In this document: in pieces, positions 12,526 to 25,361 of the stretch | How positions within the stretch are numbered: position 1 is the stretch's first letter | Layout: each line of letters begins with the position of its first letter | Source: Vezdaea acicularis | Taxonomy: Eukaryota | Length of the DNA stretch: 64,000 nt | Reading direction: 5' to 3' | Assembly: GCA_026025075.1 (NCBI GenBank) | Contig: JAPEUI010000023.1 | Location: 124,001-188,000 of the forward strand | The notes under the pieces: model-generated | What the model was told of the DNA's origin: nothing | The model's input: only the letters and a program-made list of their open reading frames with translations | Database searches by the model: none | Position numbers and translations under genes: made by a program

Positions 12526-14959
12526 AATAAAGACTGCTAGATGATAAAGACCGCCCAATAACGAGGACCACCCTGTGACGGGGATAGCCCGGTAATGGTG
12601 ACCGTCTAATATGTAGAAAGCAAGAACATATGGAACAGTTCAGAGTATCGAAGGACTCTCGATGCGTGAACGGCATGACACTAGAAATGGACACCAGGCG
12701 AAAGGGGGCTATTTGTATCTTGTAAAATAAGCTTCAACTTACAAAATAGCCTTGTGGCGTTGTTTGAGGAGCTCAATCTGGATTTGAGCTTTTCTCTCGC
12801 GTGTCTCCAGCGCATATTTGGCGGGATCCACCCTGTTATTTGACAATTAGCCCTCATCACTGTACATTCATTGAAGAAGGATTGATGCAGACAGGATGAC
12901 AAAGGCTCAAAAACAACAAAATGGAGCTAGCCTGCGCTAGTGTTCATTATGTGGCGGGACTCTCACGCCATCAAAGAAACCTCAATGAGCACTGATAGAA
13001 GGAAAAGACGGAGATTAGAGAAGGCTATTTACGAAAATATGAGAATGAATTGGAAACTTTGTCACCTAATGGGACGGTAATATCATCCAGTCTACCCCTA
13101 TGTCACAAAAGACGTAGAGGCAAGATCTAGAGGCTCTCTCACGTTCTAAAGGGTGGCAGGAAGAGCATGTGAAGGGAGGAATGAAAGAGGAAGGCATGAG
13201 CCCATTCATAACAGTGGACGTCTCCCACGGGAGGTGCCAGCGGAATATATGAGCAATCTTTGAGTTTCGAAGGGAAGAAAGGAGGCTCAGACGGCTCTGC
13301 GGCCTTAAGGGCGATTCCCTTCGTCATCCACAAGGGCGTCTCCCTATGACGCTGATGGTGGATGGTCGCCATTCTTATGTGTACATATATGTACGACAAC
13401 GATAGCAATTCTCCGCGGAGCTGCCATCAAGGAGCGCTGGGCCTGCATATGCATCCATTGGACTCGGTGTGAATTGCATTACGGCCAATGCAAAAGGAAC
13501 AAGTGGTGTTCCCCATGTTGCATGCGATGGACGAGGCAAATGGTCAAATCATGTGGGATTTGCCTCGCCATGAAAGGCAACGTGAAGAGCATCTATTGAG
13601 AAAAGTAGGACGTATAAGAAACCATATAGCATACCAGTCGATATCGCCATTGGCCACGAATATCGCCGCGAAAAAGTTCACCTGTTGTGATCAGCTCACA
13701 TCCCAACTTTCACGCAGTGCCGACCGGCAACCCCCAAGACGACCAAACAGAATACTCACATCCTGAATCTTGTCCATGTTGGTATATAGAGACTGTCAAA
13801 ATCCACGACAGAGGGTAAGGTTGCTTGATGGTAAGTCAAACCCAAAAAACAGATGGTCTTCGTTGAGGTGCAGATGAGCGTGAAGAAAAGAAAGTGGTGA
13901 TAGACCGCCCCGGGAAGAAAAGCTTACACCGAAGCGAATGCGCTAAGGGTCTAAACCCTAGAGGGGGAACCAGAACGTAGGTAGACGTCGTAGGAGCGCT
14001 CTCGTTTTTGAACACATTGACTCTTGCACAATTCTGGCAATTACAACAGGCTAGAATACTATGATGAGAATAACCATCTAGTCGTCTGAAAATAAATTGA
14101 ACAAGGAGTTCGACAAATAACACTGAGAGTGGACGTGGGCGGGGGTTGTGAGCGTGGGCTTTCAAGCTCTGGATCGTGATGAGAAACGTTTCAAGGAAAT
14201 GCAAAGGAAAACGCTCAACATAATGAAAATTGTAGTCTTATACAAGACTCTACATCTATATCAAGACATGGAACCATTAATCTGAAGTGTGTAGGCATAG
14301 CAAACTGGAGAAGGTTATATACGCTTGATTACTTGATGCGTGAGTATTGTTGCCGTGATGTTGACTGCCCTCATGCGCATTTTCAGGGAGTTGCTCGGCG
14401 GAGCGGATTAACCATCCTTCCGAGGACGCTGATTGACATTCGCTTGTGGCTTTTATTGTCCAAACGGGTTGTCTCGGCTGTTTCACGTCTTATTGGCTGC
14501 TGGCGAATTTGCTGGTCCAAAAAGCAAAGACGAACGCCCAAATTGATATAGATAAGGAACTGCAACGCCGCCGCTACGTAAAAGCCAGTAAGCTCGAGAT
14601 TAAAAAGCTGGGGAGAGATCGGGGCAGGGAGGGTCCAATGAAAAGCTTTGAGGATGACTTGCACCGTCCCCCCTTCCTTGAAGCTGCTGTCCGTGAGGGC
14701 TGCGAAAATTCTGCTTACTGCACCCATTCGGTTTTTCCTACAACAGCACAGAGACGCATAATTTCCGAAGTCTTGCACCAGATGAAAGGATAGAAGTGAA
14801 GCCACTCAGGGTTCCGCGCAAGGTTCCGCATAGTCTCGTCTCCGCCGTTTCGCGCCGATCTGACCCGGGAGAGGTTTAAGCGGACACGTCTTCAGTCCTA
14901 CGGTCGGTCTACGGTTGCAAATTCACTAAACGTCATTATCGCGGACGGTTATCGGCATG

Positions 14960-14993
14960 GACCATAGACCATAGACCATAGACCATAGACCAT
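14960..14993. repeat. (GACCATA) x ~5 tandem repeat
   Basis: Read directly from the sequence. Confidence 0.9.
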
Positions 14994-16477
14994 TCCCGCG
15001 TAAGACTAGAGAACTTGGTGCTCAGCCTCGCAGCCACGACTCGCATAACCTCCAGTTCAGGGTCTGAGTGTTCCGAGAACCGGGTGAGGGACGTATCCGA
15101 AGTTGTCCAGGCCTGATCCTGGATGATGAGATCATGGAACCTTGGAACTCGCGCAAACCGCCTCATTGTGCCGCAGGCCTAACAAAGCAATCACCGCCCT
15201 GAGATCCGACATCGCGAATGGCGATTAGATGACCATGGCCAAGTTCTGGCCGCATCGAAGGTGTTGAATCATTCTCTTTGATGAGTCGTCTTGGCATGCA
15301 CGAGGGAACGAGAAGAGCAGGTGAGCACGCGATCCAAGCGTTTCCTTCCTCTCCGTCTGCCGAAGCTACGAGACCTTAATACGGATTTTTACATTGCTCG
15401 TGCGATCGCCTTCTGGTCCCACACCCCGCACAGGACATCTTCTTAGGTTCTACAGAAGGACTCCACAGCTGGCGGGTATCGTGTGAGGCTTCACACAGAA
15501 ACGCCAAGACGGCGATCGGGGATGCGCCGGCTTGGCAAACGGGCAGCGCGCAGTTGCCAAGCCCCGCAAATTGCGCAAAAAGGCGTTCGTCTCACCATTC
15601 TTAGTCTGAGGATGCGAGTGTGAGCAGCCCGAGCCGTGTCGCCTTCTCGCTTTTCGTTGCGATTGCGCATTCCTTTTTGTCGCCCTTCGCAGCGCGCACC
15701 TCGAATGACAAGGCCGTGGTGGAGGGAGCATTGAATGAGATTAACTAACGCCCCAGCCATCGCTTAGATATCATGCCGTCCGGGTTCGAGCTGCCGTGCA
15801 AGAGCGCGGCCAAAAGCCACCGCGAGCGGGCGTTGCCCAACCGCAGGGCCGGACTCCTGCAGCTAAAGGAGAGAACCGAATGAGCAGCGCGTGCCCCCTT
15901 GCGCTCCCTGGCCGTCCCCCTTGTTCTCCCCCACCGAAACCCTGCGAGATCTGGTCCGCCGTCCGCTGGTTCCAGAGCTCCAAAAGAAAGCGCACGCGAC
16001 ACCCTCCCCATCAGTCCCTCCCGCAATCCGGCTTTTCCTCCAATCCGTCCTCGTCCTTCCGCCTTCCACTCGCATTCTCTCCGCCGCATTGCCATTGGAG
16101 CGTCTGCCCGTCGCTGATAAGTTACTTGAACACCACGTCGGCCCACCCCCCTCGTAGCCTCCATCTTGAGCATATTCCTTTCGGCATCAAAAACAAGTCT
16201 GGCTCCAATCCTCACTCTGACGACGTGATGCTTATAAGCCGGCCTGCGCCTCGCCTTCCAAACCGCTCTTGCCATAAGTTATAGCGTTCCCCTTCGGCCA
16301 ATTAGGAAGACGACCGCGTCATCGCTCGCCCGCGTCTCACAAAGCGAACTGTAACACCACAGTGTCTGCTCGTGAGTTGAAACAAACGAACCTGAACTGC
16401 CTTGCTCTCTCCTTCATGGTCCTACCACCCTCGCTACGGGATGAACATTTGACCACGACTCTATCCTCTTATACAGC

Positions 16478-17702
16478 ATGCGCGGATGGAGGTTACTCGC
16501 GCTGCTGGCAGCAGCTACATCACTCATATCGACAGTTGCAGCCCTGCCCATGACAGACGAGGATGCTCAGAGAGCGGATGAACATTGGGTGTATAATGAG
16601 TCGGCCAAGTACTTTCGTGAGTGGCCGCCCTACCTCTGTTTCTCTTACTCTTACTGACATTTGTCCTCAGACGAGCCAGGGTTAGTCTAGAATCTTTTCC
16701 TTAGAAGAGACGTTCGACCTTGCCAAAGGGCGCTACAGCATAAAGTGCACCGCGTACTGACAATAGACCAGTGGTGATGACTACCTAGGCCATTATGACG
16801 CCCGATATTTCAAGAGAGTGGTGTCCTACGACGAGCGGAGTGACACTCTCCACCACTTGGTGCGATCGTATCTGCTCTGGTTCCGAGAGAAGGGTCTAGA
16901 GACCTGGATCGCGCATGGCACCTTGCTGGGCTGGTGGTGGAACGGCAAGGTAAGCGGCTGTCCCCATAATGACGGGCCACCTCTTGCTGACAGACCTTCC
17001 GTAGATTCTTCCATGGTACGCTGAAGACACCCAAGGATCATCTCCAGAAGACAGAATAGTGATACTAATGGGCAACTAGGGACTGGGATCTTGACGTCCA
17101 GGTATCCGGCGCGACGCTCGACTACCTCGGGAAATATGAGAACCGGACGACACATCATTACAAGTCAGAAGATGGGACTGTGCAAAGGGACTATCTATTA
17201 GATGTGAACCCTCATTACCAGCTGAGGGATAGAGGAGATGGAATGAATGTTATCGACGCTCGCTGGATTGACGTCCGAACTGGCCTATTCATTGATATCA
17301 CCGGCCTCAGCGAGACTCGCCCTGACTCACTCCCCGGGGTATGGCTTTGTAAGAACTACCATCGCTATCGGACAAGAGACCTGTTCCCTATGCGGGAGAG
17401 CACCTATGAAGGTGTTCCGGTGAAGATACCATATGACTACGATAAAATACTCATGGACGAGTACCAATCAAAAGCTATGGTTTTGACTGAATATGAAGGG
17501 TAAATCAATATTTTCAACGACCACATTGAACGCGCACTGACATTGAAATAGTCATCACTGGGATCCCGCCACTAAAGAATGGGTGCCAAACGAAGATAAT
17601 CGATACGACCACCCGATTGCACCTCACGTCCCTAACGCCGTCCAGCCTCAATCTTTAGAGCCGGGGATAGGGAACATATGGCGGTTATTACATCGATCCT
17701 GA
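16478..17702 (+). CDS. LicD/fukutin-family (Mnn4-like) phosphotransferase with signal peptide
   Basis: MRGWRLLALLAAATSL; KYFHEPG..GHYDARYF; ETWIAHGTLLGWWWNGKILPWDWDLDVQV; NVIDARWIDVRTGLFIDITGL; CKNYHRY. Five introns, including 10-nt and 11-nt microexons. Confidence 0.92.
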
Positions 17703-18814
17703 TTGCTCGCGCCAGAGCTCTTTTCCTTTTGTAGACTACATTGCTTTAGCGTAGCGGCATTCCGGAGCGGGGTTTTGATTTGCATTTTCAGGATTACTGG
17801 CAGTCTCGATATTGGACTACTACACGAGCAAAATGTCGACCTAATTTTTCTTCTCTTCAAGGAGACGGCTGGGAATACCCACTGGCACAATCTTCTAGCC
17901 GGGGCTGACTTCGTCGTTGGCTTAGGCGCGCACCAGGTGGTGCTGCATTGGAGGATCAGTAATGGCAGGGCCTTTGCACTATCAACTATATTCGGTCATT
18001 AGGGTACTACTGGTGTGAGATGAAACCGGCGTATATAGTGTATACACACAATTCATATACGTGACAATGGAAACTTTGATTGAGGTACAGAGCATGTACG
18101 ATCCTGGACTAAGAAGTTTGACTTCCCTGCAACCCTTCGTCGTCGCGCTTCCGCATATGCTGCAAGAGCGGGAAGCGCCACAAAATTCCTCACTGGCGGC
18201 AAAGCAGCAGTAGCAGTAGCAGGAGTAGCAGCAGGCGCATGAAAAAAGGGGGGCTTTTGGATTCCATCTCCCCCCGCGCACCGCATCGATCGCGCTCCCA
18301 GCAGGAAGGGCAATCGCCGTTCCCAGATCGCGCTTATCCCTATTGGGACGCGCGAGCCCCCGCGCCTGGGTGCCCCTTTGCCCGAAGAAGGGATGGCGCT
18401 TTTTCTCGGACCGCGCTTGATCCGTTCGATCGAACTCCTGGATCTAACCTCCGCAAAATCTCGATGCGCTTGCGGGCTGTGGATGCGGTGCCTGTTTAAT
18501 AGTGCATTTTGCCCCGTTCTGCGAAAATGTGTCCGAAGGACTCTGCAAGTTGAATGAACGATTGACTTGATGGGATCGTGTAATTAATTTTCTTCTTTTA
18601 TGATTCTTACTTGCGCATGAATCTTGTGGGACTTTGCCAGGCGGCTTGTTCTTGAGCTCGCTGCTGCATTCTTTCGGTTCCTTGACGACTTCCTCGGATG
18701 TTTGAGACGTCGTAGGAGACGCGCTGTTGCTCGTCATTGTACATTACACGGTGCTATCAATAGCTTCGACAATCGCAAGAGCACAGACGCGGGTTTCTGG
18801 GCGATACTGCTACC

Positions 18815-20353
18815 ATGGCGGCGGCTGTACCGATTGCGCCCGCTCAGCGGAAGCAGATCATCAAAGTCCTCTTCATCTCTCTTCTTCTCGACCTGGTAAG
18901 TTGCCGAAACCCTTATTGATCCTTCTCTCCGCTCTGCACTCGTATTCCAAGAGAAAGCTTTCTAACAAACGTCCTCTCACAGATCTCCTTCACATTCATC
19001 CTCCCCCTCTTCCCCGCCCTCCTGGCCTTCTACCGCGACCTCGAAGTCCCCTCCTCCCCCAACGCCTCGCCTTCCCTCCTCTCGCGCATCCTCACGACCC
19101 TCAACACCTACAAAAATGCCTTCTCGCGCCCCATCTCCTCGCGCTATGACATCGTCCTCCTCGGCGGCGCCCTCGGCAGCCTGTTCTCCCTCCTACAAGC
19201 CCTAGCCTCCCCTCTCATCGGCCGCCTCAGCGACACCCATGGCCGACGCACCGCCCTTCTCTGGAGCATGGCCGGGAACCTCCTCTCCGTCGCTCTCTGG
19301 GTAGCAGCCACAGACTTCCGGACCTTCCTCGCCTCGCGCGTCGTCGGCGGGCTCTCCGAAGGAAACGTGCAGCTCGCAACCGCAATAGCCACGGACATCA
19401 GCTCCGACGCCGAGCGCGGCGCCACCATGGCCCTCGTGGGCGCCTGCTTCTGCATCGCCTTCACCTTCGGCCCTGCCCTCGGCGCCGCCCTCGCCTCCTT
19501 CCGCCCCGTCAAAGCAAACCCCTTCGTCACCGCCGCGTCCTTCTCCCTCGCCCTCATCACAGTCGAGACCATCTACCTCTACCTCTACCTCCCCGAAACC
19601 CTCCCCTCGACACGCGCGCGCGCCCCCTCATCCCCCTCCAACAAGTCCCCCCCCACCACCACCCCTCCCCGCCGCACAAACTCCAAACTCCTCCTCAACG
19701 CCACCCACTTCTTCTTCATCCTCTTCTTCAGCGGCATTGAATTCTCGCTCCCCTTCCTAACCTACGATCTCTTCGGGTACAGCTCCTCCCAAACCGGGCG
19801 TCTCCTGGGCTTCATGGGCCTCATCGCCTCTCTCCTCCAAGCAAGCGCCACCCGCCGCCTCCACCCACTCACTAACGTCCGTCTCGGCGTCACTTGCTGC
19901 GCCCTCTCCTTCTTACTCCTCGGCGCCGTACAGACTCAACTTGCGCTCTATGTCGCCGCCGCGGTGCTCAGCGTTACCACCGCTACGGTCGTCACGGGTT
20001 TGAATGCGCTTAGTTCTTTCGAGGCGGCTGAGCATGAGCGAGGCGGTGTCCTCGGGAATCATCGCTCTTGGGGCCAGGTCGGGCGCAGTTGTGGACCGTT
20101 GGTGTTCTGTACGCTTTATTGGTGGGCGGGGAGGGAGGTGGCGTATGCGGTTGGGGGGGTAGGCATGTTGGGCGTGGTGGCGGTGGTGGGGGTGGGGTTG
20201 AGGAAACCGCCTGGGACGGAGGTTGTGCGGAAGGGGAGGGGGAAGCGGGGGGTGGCGCGAGAGGTCGAGAGTGAGAAGGAAGTGGTGAATGGGAAGGTTA
20301 ATGGACGGGCGAATGGACGGGTGAATGGGGGGAAGGCGGGGAAGGCGGGTTGA
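18815..20353 (+). CDS. MFS transporter (MFSD10 / tetracycline-efflux-like)
   Basis: KVLFISLLLDL|ISFTFILPLFP; IGRLSDTHGRR motif A; SRVVGGLSEGNVQLA. One intron at 18896-18982. Confidence 0.92.
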
Positions 20354-20601
20354 TTGGGATGGGATGGTTGGGTATCTACACTTCTATGTAAATCGTCTTA
20401 CATACTTCTCCTCATGTGCTATCTACAGTACTCGTACAATACCATTACAACCAGACACCCCCCCTTTACAATACACTACACCACAACCCCCCAAAACCCC
20501 CTCAAATGCCCACCTCGCCCGCAAACCTAACCCCGCCCAACCCATAGATAAAAAAACCAAAACGCCCTACCCCTCTCCCAAAACAACCTCCCCACACACC
20601 C

Positions 20602-21192
20602 TCACGGCCGAAGCACCAACCGCCACACCAATCTCTCCGCCGCCCGGCCCAACAACCCCAGCCAGCCCCCCAGCTGTCCCCACCTCCCCCCCACCAGCCC
20701 CAACACCGGCAACAAGAGCACCAGATCCAGAACCAACGCTCTCCCATCCCACTTCCTTGCTACAGCCGCCTCCAACCTCCCACTCAGACGGCTCAGCACA
20801 TCCCCGAGCTTCCCCGCCGCACGTTTAAGCCAGAGGATAAATGCCTCTCGAAAGCGTAAGCGCAGACGCATGCGTGTAAGCCAGGCGAGGCAGGCGAGGA
20901 ATCTGGCGCGGGTGCGGCGGTTGTTGAGGAGGTAGAAGAGAGCGAGGAGTAGGATGAGCGAGAGGGATTTGGCGAGAGTGGAGGGAGAGCCCCAGGGGGT
21001 GCGGCGGCGGGAGTGGGAGGCTTGTTCGCGCAGGGCGGAGACTTCGGTGGTTAGTTTTACGAGGGCGGATTCTACGCTGAGTCGCCAGATGTGGGTATGT
21101 GCTTCTGGGGCGGTGGGGGAGGGGCTGGCTGAGGAGGAGGGGGAGGAGGTGGGGAAGAGGTGAGGGGCGGATCTGGCGTTAGGTGTGTCCAT
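20602..21192 (-). CDS. Hypothetical membrane protein with a short coiled coil, resembling the C-terminal module of fungal ACBP-domain proteins
   Basis: ATG at 21192 (MDTPNAR...); WRLSVESALVKLTTEVSALREQ; two hydrophobic segments. No ACBP domain is visible. Confidence 0.55.
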   Translation of the reverse strand: MDTPNARSAPHLFPTSSPSSSASPSPTAPEAHTHIWRLSVESALVKLTTEVSALREQASHSRRRTPWGSPSTLAKSLSLILLLALFYLLNNRRTRARFLACLAWLTRMRLRLRFREAFILWLKRAAGKLGDVLSRLSGRLEAAVARKWDGRALVLDLVLLLPVLGLVGGRWGQLGGWLGLLGRAAERLVWRLVLRP

Positions 21193-21420
21193 AACGGATG
21201 GGGCTTCGGCGGCTACATTCACCTTGAAGGCCACCGATTGATTCCTTTCTAGGTTTAGAACAACAGAAATGCGGCAAGATGGCTGAAGATGAAGAAAACG
21301 CCTTATCATTCCAACAGCATTATGACTCCCTCAGATTGCTGGATGAAGAGAAGAATAAATTATTCCAGGTAAGCTATTGAACGCTTCAGACATCGATTTT
21401 TCTCTGGAATATGAACTGAT

Positions 21421-22750
21421 ATGAAGGCTCTAAAGAAACTTATTACTCGACTTGCAGTTTTGGAAAAGTCCGACCGGGAACATAGAGCGGACCTGGAATC
21501 TGAAAGAACAAGTCGTCGACGTCTCCAGACTGAAAACAATGCTGCTACCAAAGAGGCTAAGTCGATTCAAGTCAAGGTGGTAAGATACAACCACCTTGGA
21601 CTCTAGCTAAGGCCCTGAAATATAGTAGCGCTTACAAATTGTTGGAGATTTTCAGGATCGCAATGCATTTGCTATAGTGCTAATTGACGCCGATGCCGAT
21701 GGCTACATTGTGGGTTCTTACTTCCAACAAATGCCGAGTTTCTTGCTAGTAGAAGAAGATTGACAAGCATATGAATTGTAGTTTCGAGAGGACCTGTTGT
21801 CTAAAGGTGCTCAGGGGGGTAGACAGGCTGCTGATGAGCTTCTTGGCGCAATGAGAAAACATTTAGTAACCCATTTTGAGGAAAGTGTTGAGATTAAGAT
21901 ACTGGTTCACGCTTATGCAAGTATGAAAGACCTGGCTTCAGCTTGCGTCAAGTATAAAATCTTGGTCGACCCAAGGCAATTTGATGGATTTGTCCGCGGA
22001 TTCAACCAGCGTCATGCCATGTTCAACATTATTGACGTTGGGATTGGAAAAGAACGAGCAGATCATAAGGTTCGCGGTAAGATCATTCCTGCTTAGACAC
22101 GTCTGGCCGTCACTGACAAGAATATTGAGTTAGAGACTTTTCTTTTCTATAAGGATATCATTCAGTGCAAGTACATCTTTCTAGGTTGTGGCCATGACGC
22201 AGGATATGCTCCATTTCTTGAGCAGTTTGTCAAGGACGAACGTATTATCTTGATTGAAGGTACACCTATCGTATCAAGAATCAAGGAGCTGGGTTTCAAG
22301 ATCACCGTGAACTTTCCCACGGTGTTCAGGTCGTTGTATCTCAAAAACCCACCGCCATTCTCGAAAACTTGCAGCCCGATAAACATGGTCGATGACTTGA
22401 CCTCAAGTGTCTCTCTTGCCCCACAGGCTAATCCCTGGGCAGCTAAATTAGAATTTCGACGTAACATAAACGGCCAGCGCGTGGACCAGCAGTCAATCGT
22501 TTCGAAAGAGCTCGTGGAGGCTATGGGGCGCCGTAAATTGTGCCATCATCATTTCTTACTTGGAGATTGTAAAAAGAAATGTGGTTATCGGCATGAATCT
22601 TCGCCTCTCAGCGAAGAAGAACTTATGGCATTATTGCACGTTGCTCGTAAAGGGCGTTGTCGCCGAGGCGGTGCGTGTGTTGATAAACTATGCATTTATG
22701 GACATGGGTACTCGGAAATTCAACTAGTAGTTACTGATGAGAATATTTAG
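21421..22750 (+). CDS. Coiled-coil + NYN/PIN-like domain + tandem CCCH zinc-finger protein
   Basis: Spliced IVLIDADADGYIF, FVRGFNQ...IDVGIGKERADHKVRE, CKYIFLGCGHDAGY; fingers CHHHFLLGDCKKKCGYRH and CRRGGACVDKLCIYGH. Three introns. Confidence 0.85.
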
Positions 22751-23825
22751 ATATTTTGCCTGCCGTGCTATCAAGCACATCTAACTAATGACGAAGACGA
22801 TCTACAACCACCACCACTAAGGCTTCTTTAGGTTAGCAACAGCGCGTGCTTAGGATTCGCGGATGCATTTAGGTTTCATGGGATACATGGATGTAAAGAA
22901 GGCTGGTTTGGGATATACCGCTAAGGCGATTTTGAAGGGAAAGCTTTGACCTTCTGAGTTTGGGCATGCAAATTGATCACGGGATGGACGATGCAATTCT
23001 TTTACCAATCTTTTGTGTTGGAGTGCGTTGAGGCGTCACATGAGAGACGATGATCCATTACGGTCTTTTTTACAAAAATTCCGTATGGCGGAAATTCAAT
23101 AGGGGAGGAATTGATATGGAGCACAATATCAGTTGGAGTCTTTAGTATAGAAAATAGTCCAGCAGACAAGATTCTTCCAAATGGCAATTAAAGAAAACAC
23201 CTTATTAAGAATTTTGCTCTTGTCTGAATAAGCGCGCTAGTAGCCTTAATTGCTCGAGTTACGTAGGCTGCTCAAGGCTCTTTTGTTCATTGTACAACAT
23301 GAAATATCGTTATGATGAGTTAGAGATGAGTACATCTCACGATTGAGGAGAAATAGCCGAGAGTCATGGACGTTAGACAAAAGTTGAGGTTATCTTGTTC
23401 TGGAGGCCATTACACATGCGTAATTTAATCCATACGGGGTGAAATTTCTGACAGAGCAATTTGGAAGTGAGGGGTCGACGGCTCTGGACAAGATGCTCGA
23501 CGGGGTTGTAAAGAGGGGGAGGTGTACTGTAGTAGGTCAATCCCCCTACATACAATCTGCAGCCGGCTAATTCTCGGTTAAGTCCTATGGTGACTCAATC
23601 ATTCCTTCTTAGTGATCAAGCGGTACGTAGCACGTCAAGTTACGGCACTTCTATTGAGATGAGTGATGCGCACCTGATGGCGGAGGTGCTGGAGGGGTAA
23701 TCGGAAAATGCTTTGTTTTGATTTTGGCGAGCCGGCTCAAACACGCGAACTTTTCTCACCAGCGTCATTCAGGGTCCCGTAGCTCCGACCTCAACGTCAA
23801 CAACGACACCAATAAGCGAATTGCA

Positions 23826-25361
23826 ATGGTAAAGGCTTCCATGTCGCAACATTCTCGCAAATCAGTTCTTCTCTGGTTGACGAGTGTATCTTCACCAGAC
23901 GATGCTCCCGCGACTCCAAGAGGAAAGAAACGCAGAAGACGTCCTCTTGCGGAGCAGTCTTCAATCATGATGAACTCACTTCCTACGCGCACCCCATCGC
24001 CTTCTAAGAGACGGAAGCTTCAACAAGCAAATTTGGATGACGAAGTCGGCGAGGAGGATACTCCGCAGCCTCTGCGCTCAGTACAGTCTGCGCGGGGCAA
24101 CATCTCTCAGCAGTCCAGCTTTTCCCCACGCAGTCTTAATACATCGTCTCGGTCTCGAAGCCCCACTAAAGAGATGACCCGGATGCTTCTTGCTCCTCAA
24201 CCAATCCTGTACAAGCAATTCATGCTTCGCGCTCCTGATGAGTTCCCGGCTGAGCTGAACACTATCTTACAAACAATAGAACGACGGTTTTCGAGAGGCA
24301 TTGGTGTAGTTTCAGAAGCACATAGGGTACGAACTACTATGGAGAGCCCGTCAGGATACATGTATAACATAAATTGACTCGTTGTGAAAAGACTGAAATA
24401 GCGAAAATGTCAGACGACACCTTCGGCGCGATAGATGACTTCGCATTTACCCAGCTGAGCCAGCTGCCCGGCCCTTCGCCTACTCCTGAACAATGCGCAA
24501 AGGCTGTCTGGCTTGCCCTACGGTGCGAAGAAAACAGATGTTGTGAAGCAGCCTGGAATAGTAGCGTGCACAACTTCGTCCTTGACTTGGCGATACACCA
24601 TGCCGAGTTTCTAGAAAAGGTTTATTTCCTGAATTGGTGTGTCTGCTTTATGTCCAGCTGCCGCACCTCCCACTAACATAACGATTAGTACTTCTGCGCG
24701 TATTGAACCCCCCTCTCTCATCCCTTCTGGCAAGGCTGGTACGGCCTTAAACTCCAGGATGATTGATTTTGCTATCCATGCTGAACCCTCCGAGCGCTTC
24801 ATAAAGGCCGTCCGTGAACGCGCACAGCTAAGTACAGAAGACACGTCAGTAAATCACACCCTCCACGAACCCCTTTGCTGGCGTCCGATTGGCGTTAGCA
24901 TCGAGACAAAACATACAGGCCAGAACTGGGATGATGCAATGGTACAGGTCGGTATATGGACTGCAGCGCAATTCACAAAGCTTGAACAGTTAATAAAAGA
25001 GACCAACGAGATTTCAGGAAAGCATAGAAATCTCCAGGAAGAACCTGAAGGCCAACTGCCATTCCTTCCTATCATAATCGTTCAAGGGCATGACTGGAAC
25101 TTCCTTACAGCTGTGAGGAGTCCAGACAGACAGACTGTAAGATTTCCTTCACTGCCATCTCCTTGTAAAGTCTAATCCCTGGCTCTCGCGTAGTACCTAT
25201 ATCACAAAGTCACATTTGGTAGCACAGCATCTCCGCTCGGCGTGTATCAAGTGGTCGCAACAATTCAGCTCCTTGTCCGATGGGTTCGAGATTCGTTCGC
25301 GCCATGGTTCGAGAGATATTGCTTGAACATGTCCGAAGACACGATGCCAAGTACGGACTAG
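23826..25361 (+). CDS. Fungal PD-(D/E)xK nuclease-like protein
   Basis: EAAWNSSVH, RMIDFAI, SVNHT...PIGVSIETK, AMVQVGIW..AQF, LPIIIVQGHDWNF, FGSTAS.LGVYQVV. Three introns. Basic NLS-like RGKKRRRR near the N-terminus. Confidence 0.85.

Noticed and set aside
13945..13965. CTAAACCCTAG as a possible telomerase RNA template
   Set aside because: Does not match the expected TAACCCTAA template, and no supporting structure was seen.
14446..14793. ORF containing PFLEAAVREG, reminiscent of a P450 K-helix
   Set aside because: No ExxR arginine, no heme-Cys motif and no flanking exons; at best an unrecognisable remnant.
15123..15202. ATGATGA...CTGA spacing like a C/D-box snoRNA
   Set aside because: No clean terminal stem, no D'/C' boxes and no recognisable rRNA complement.
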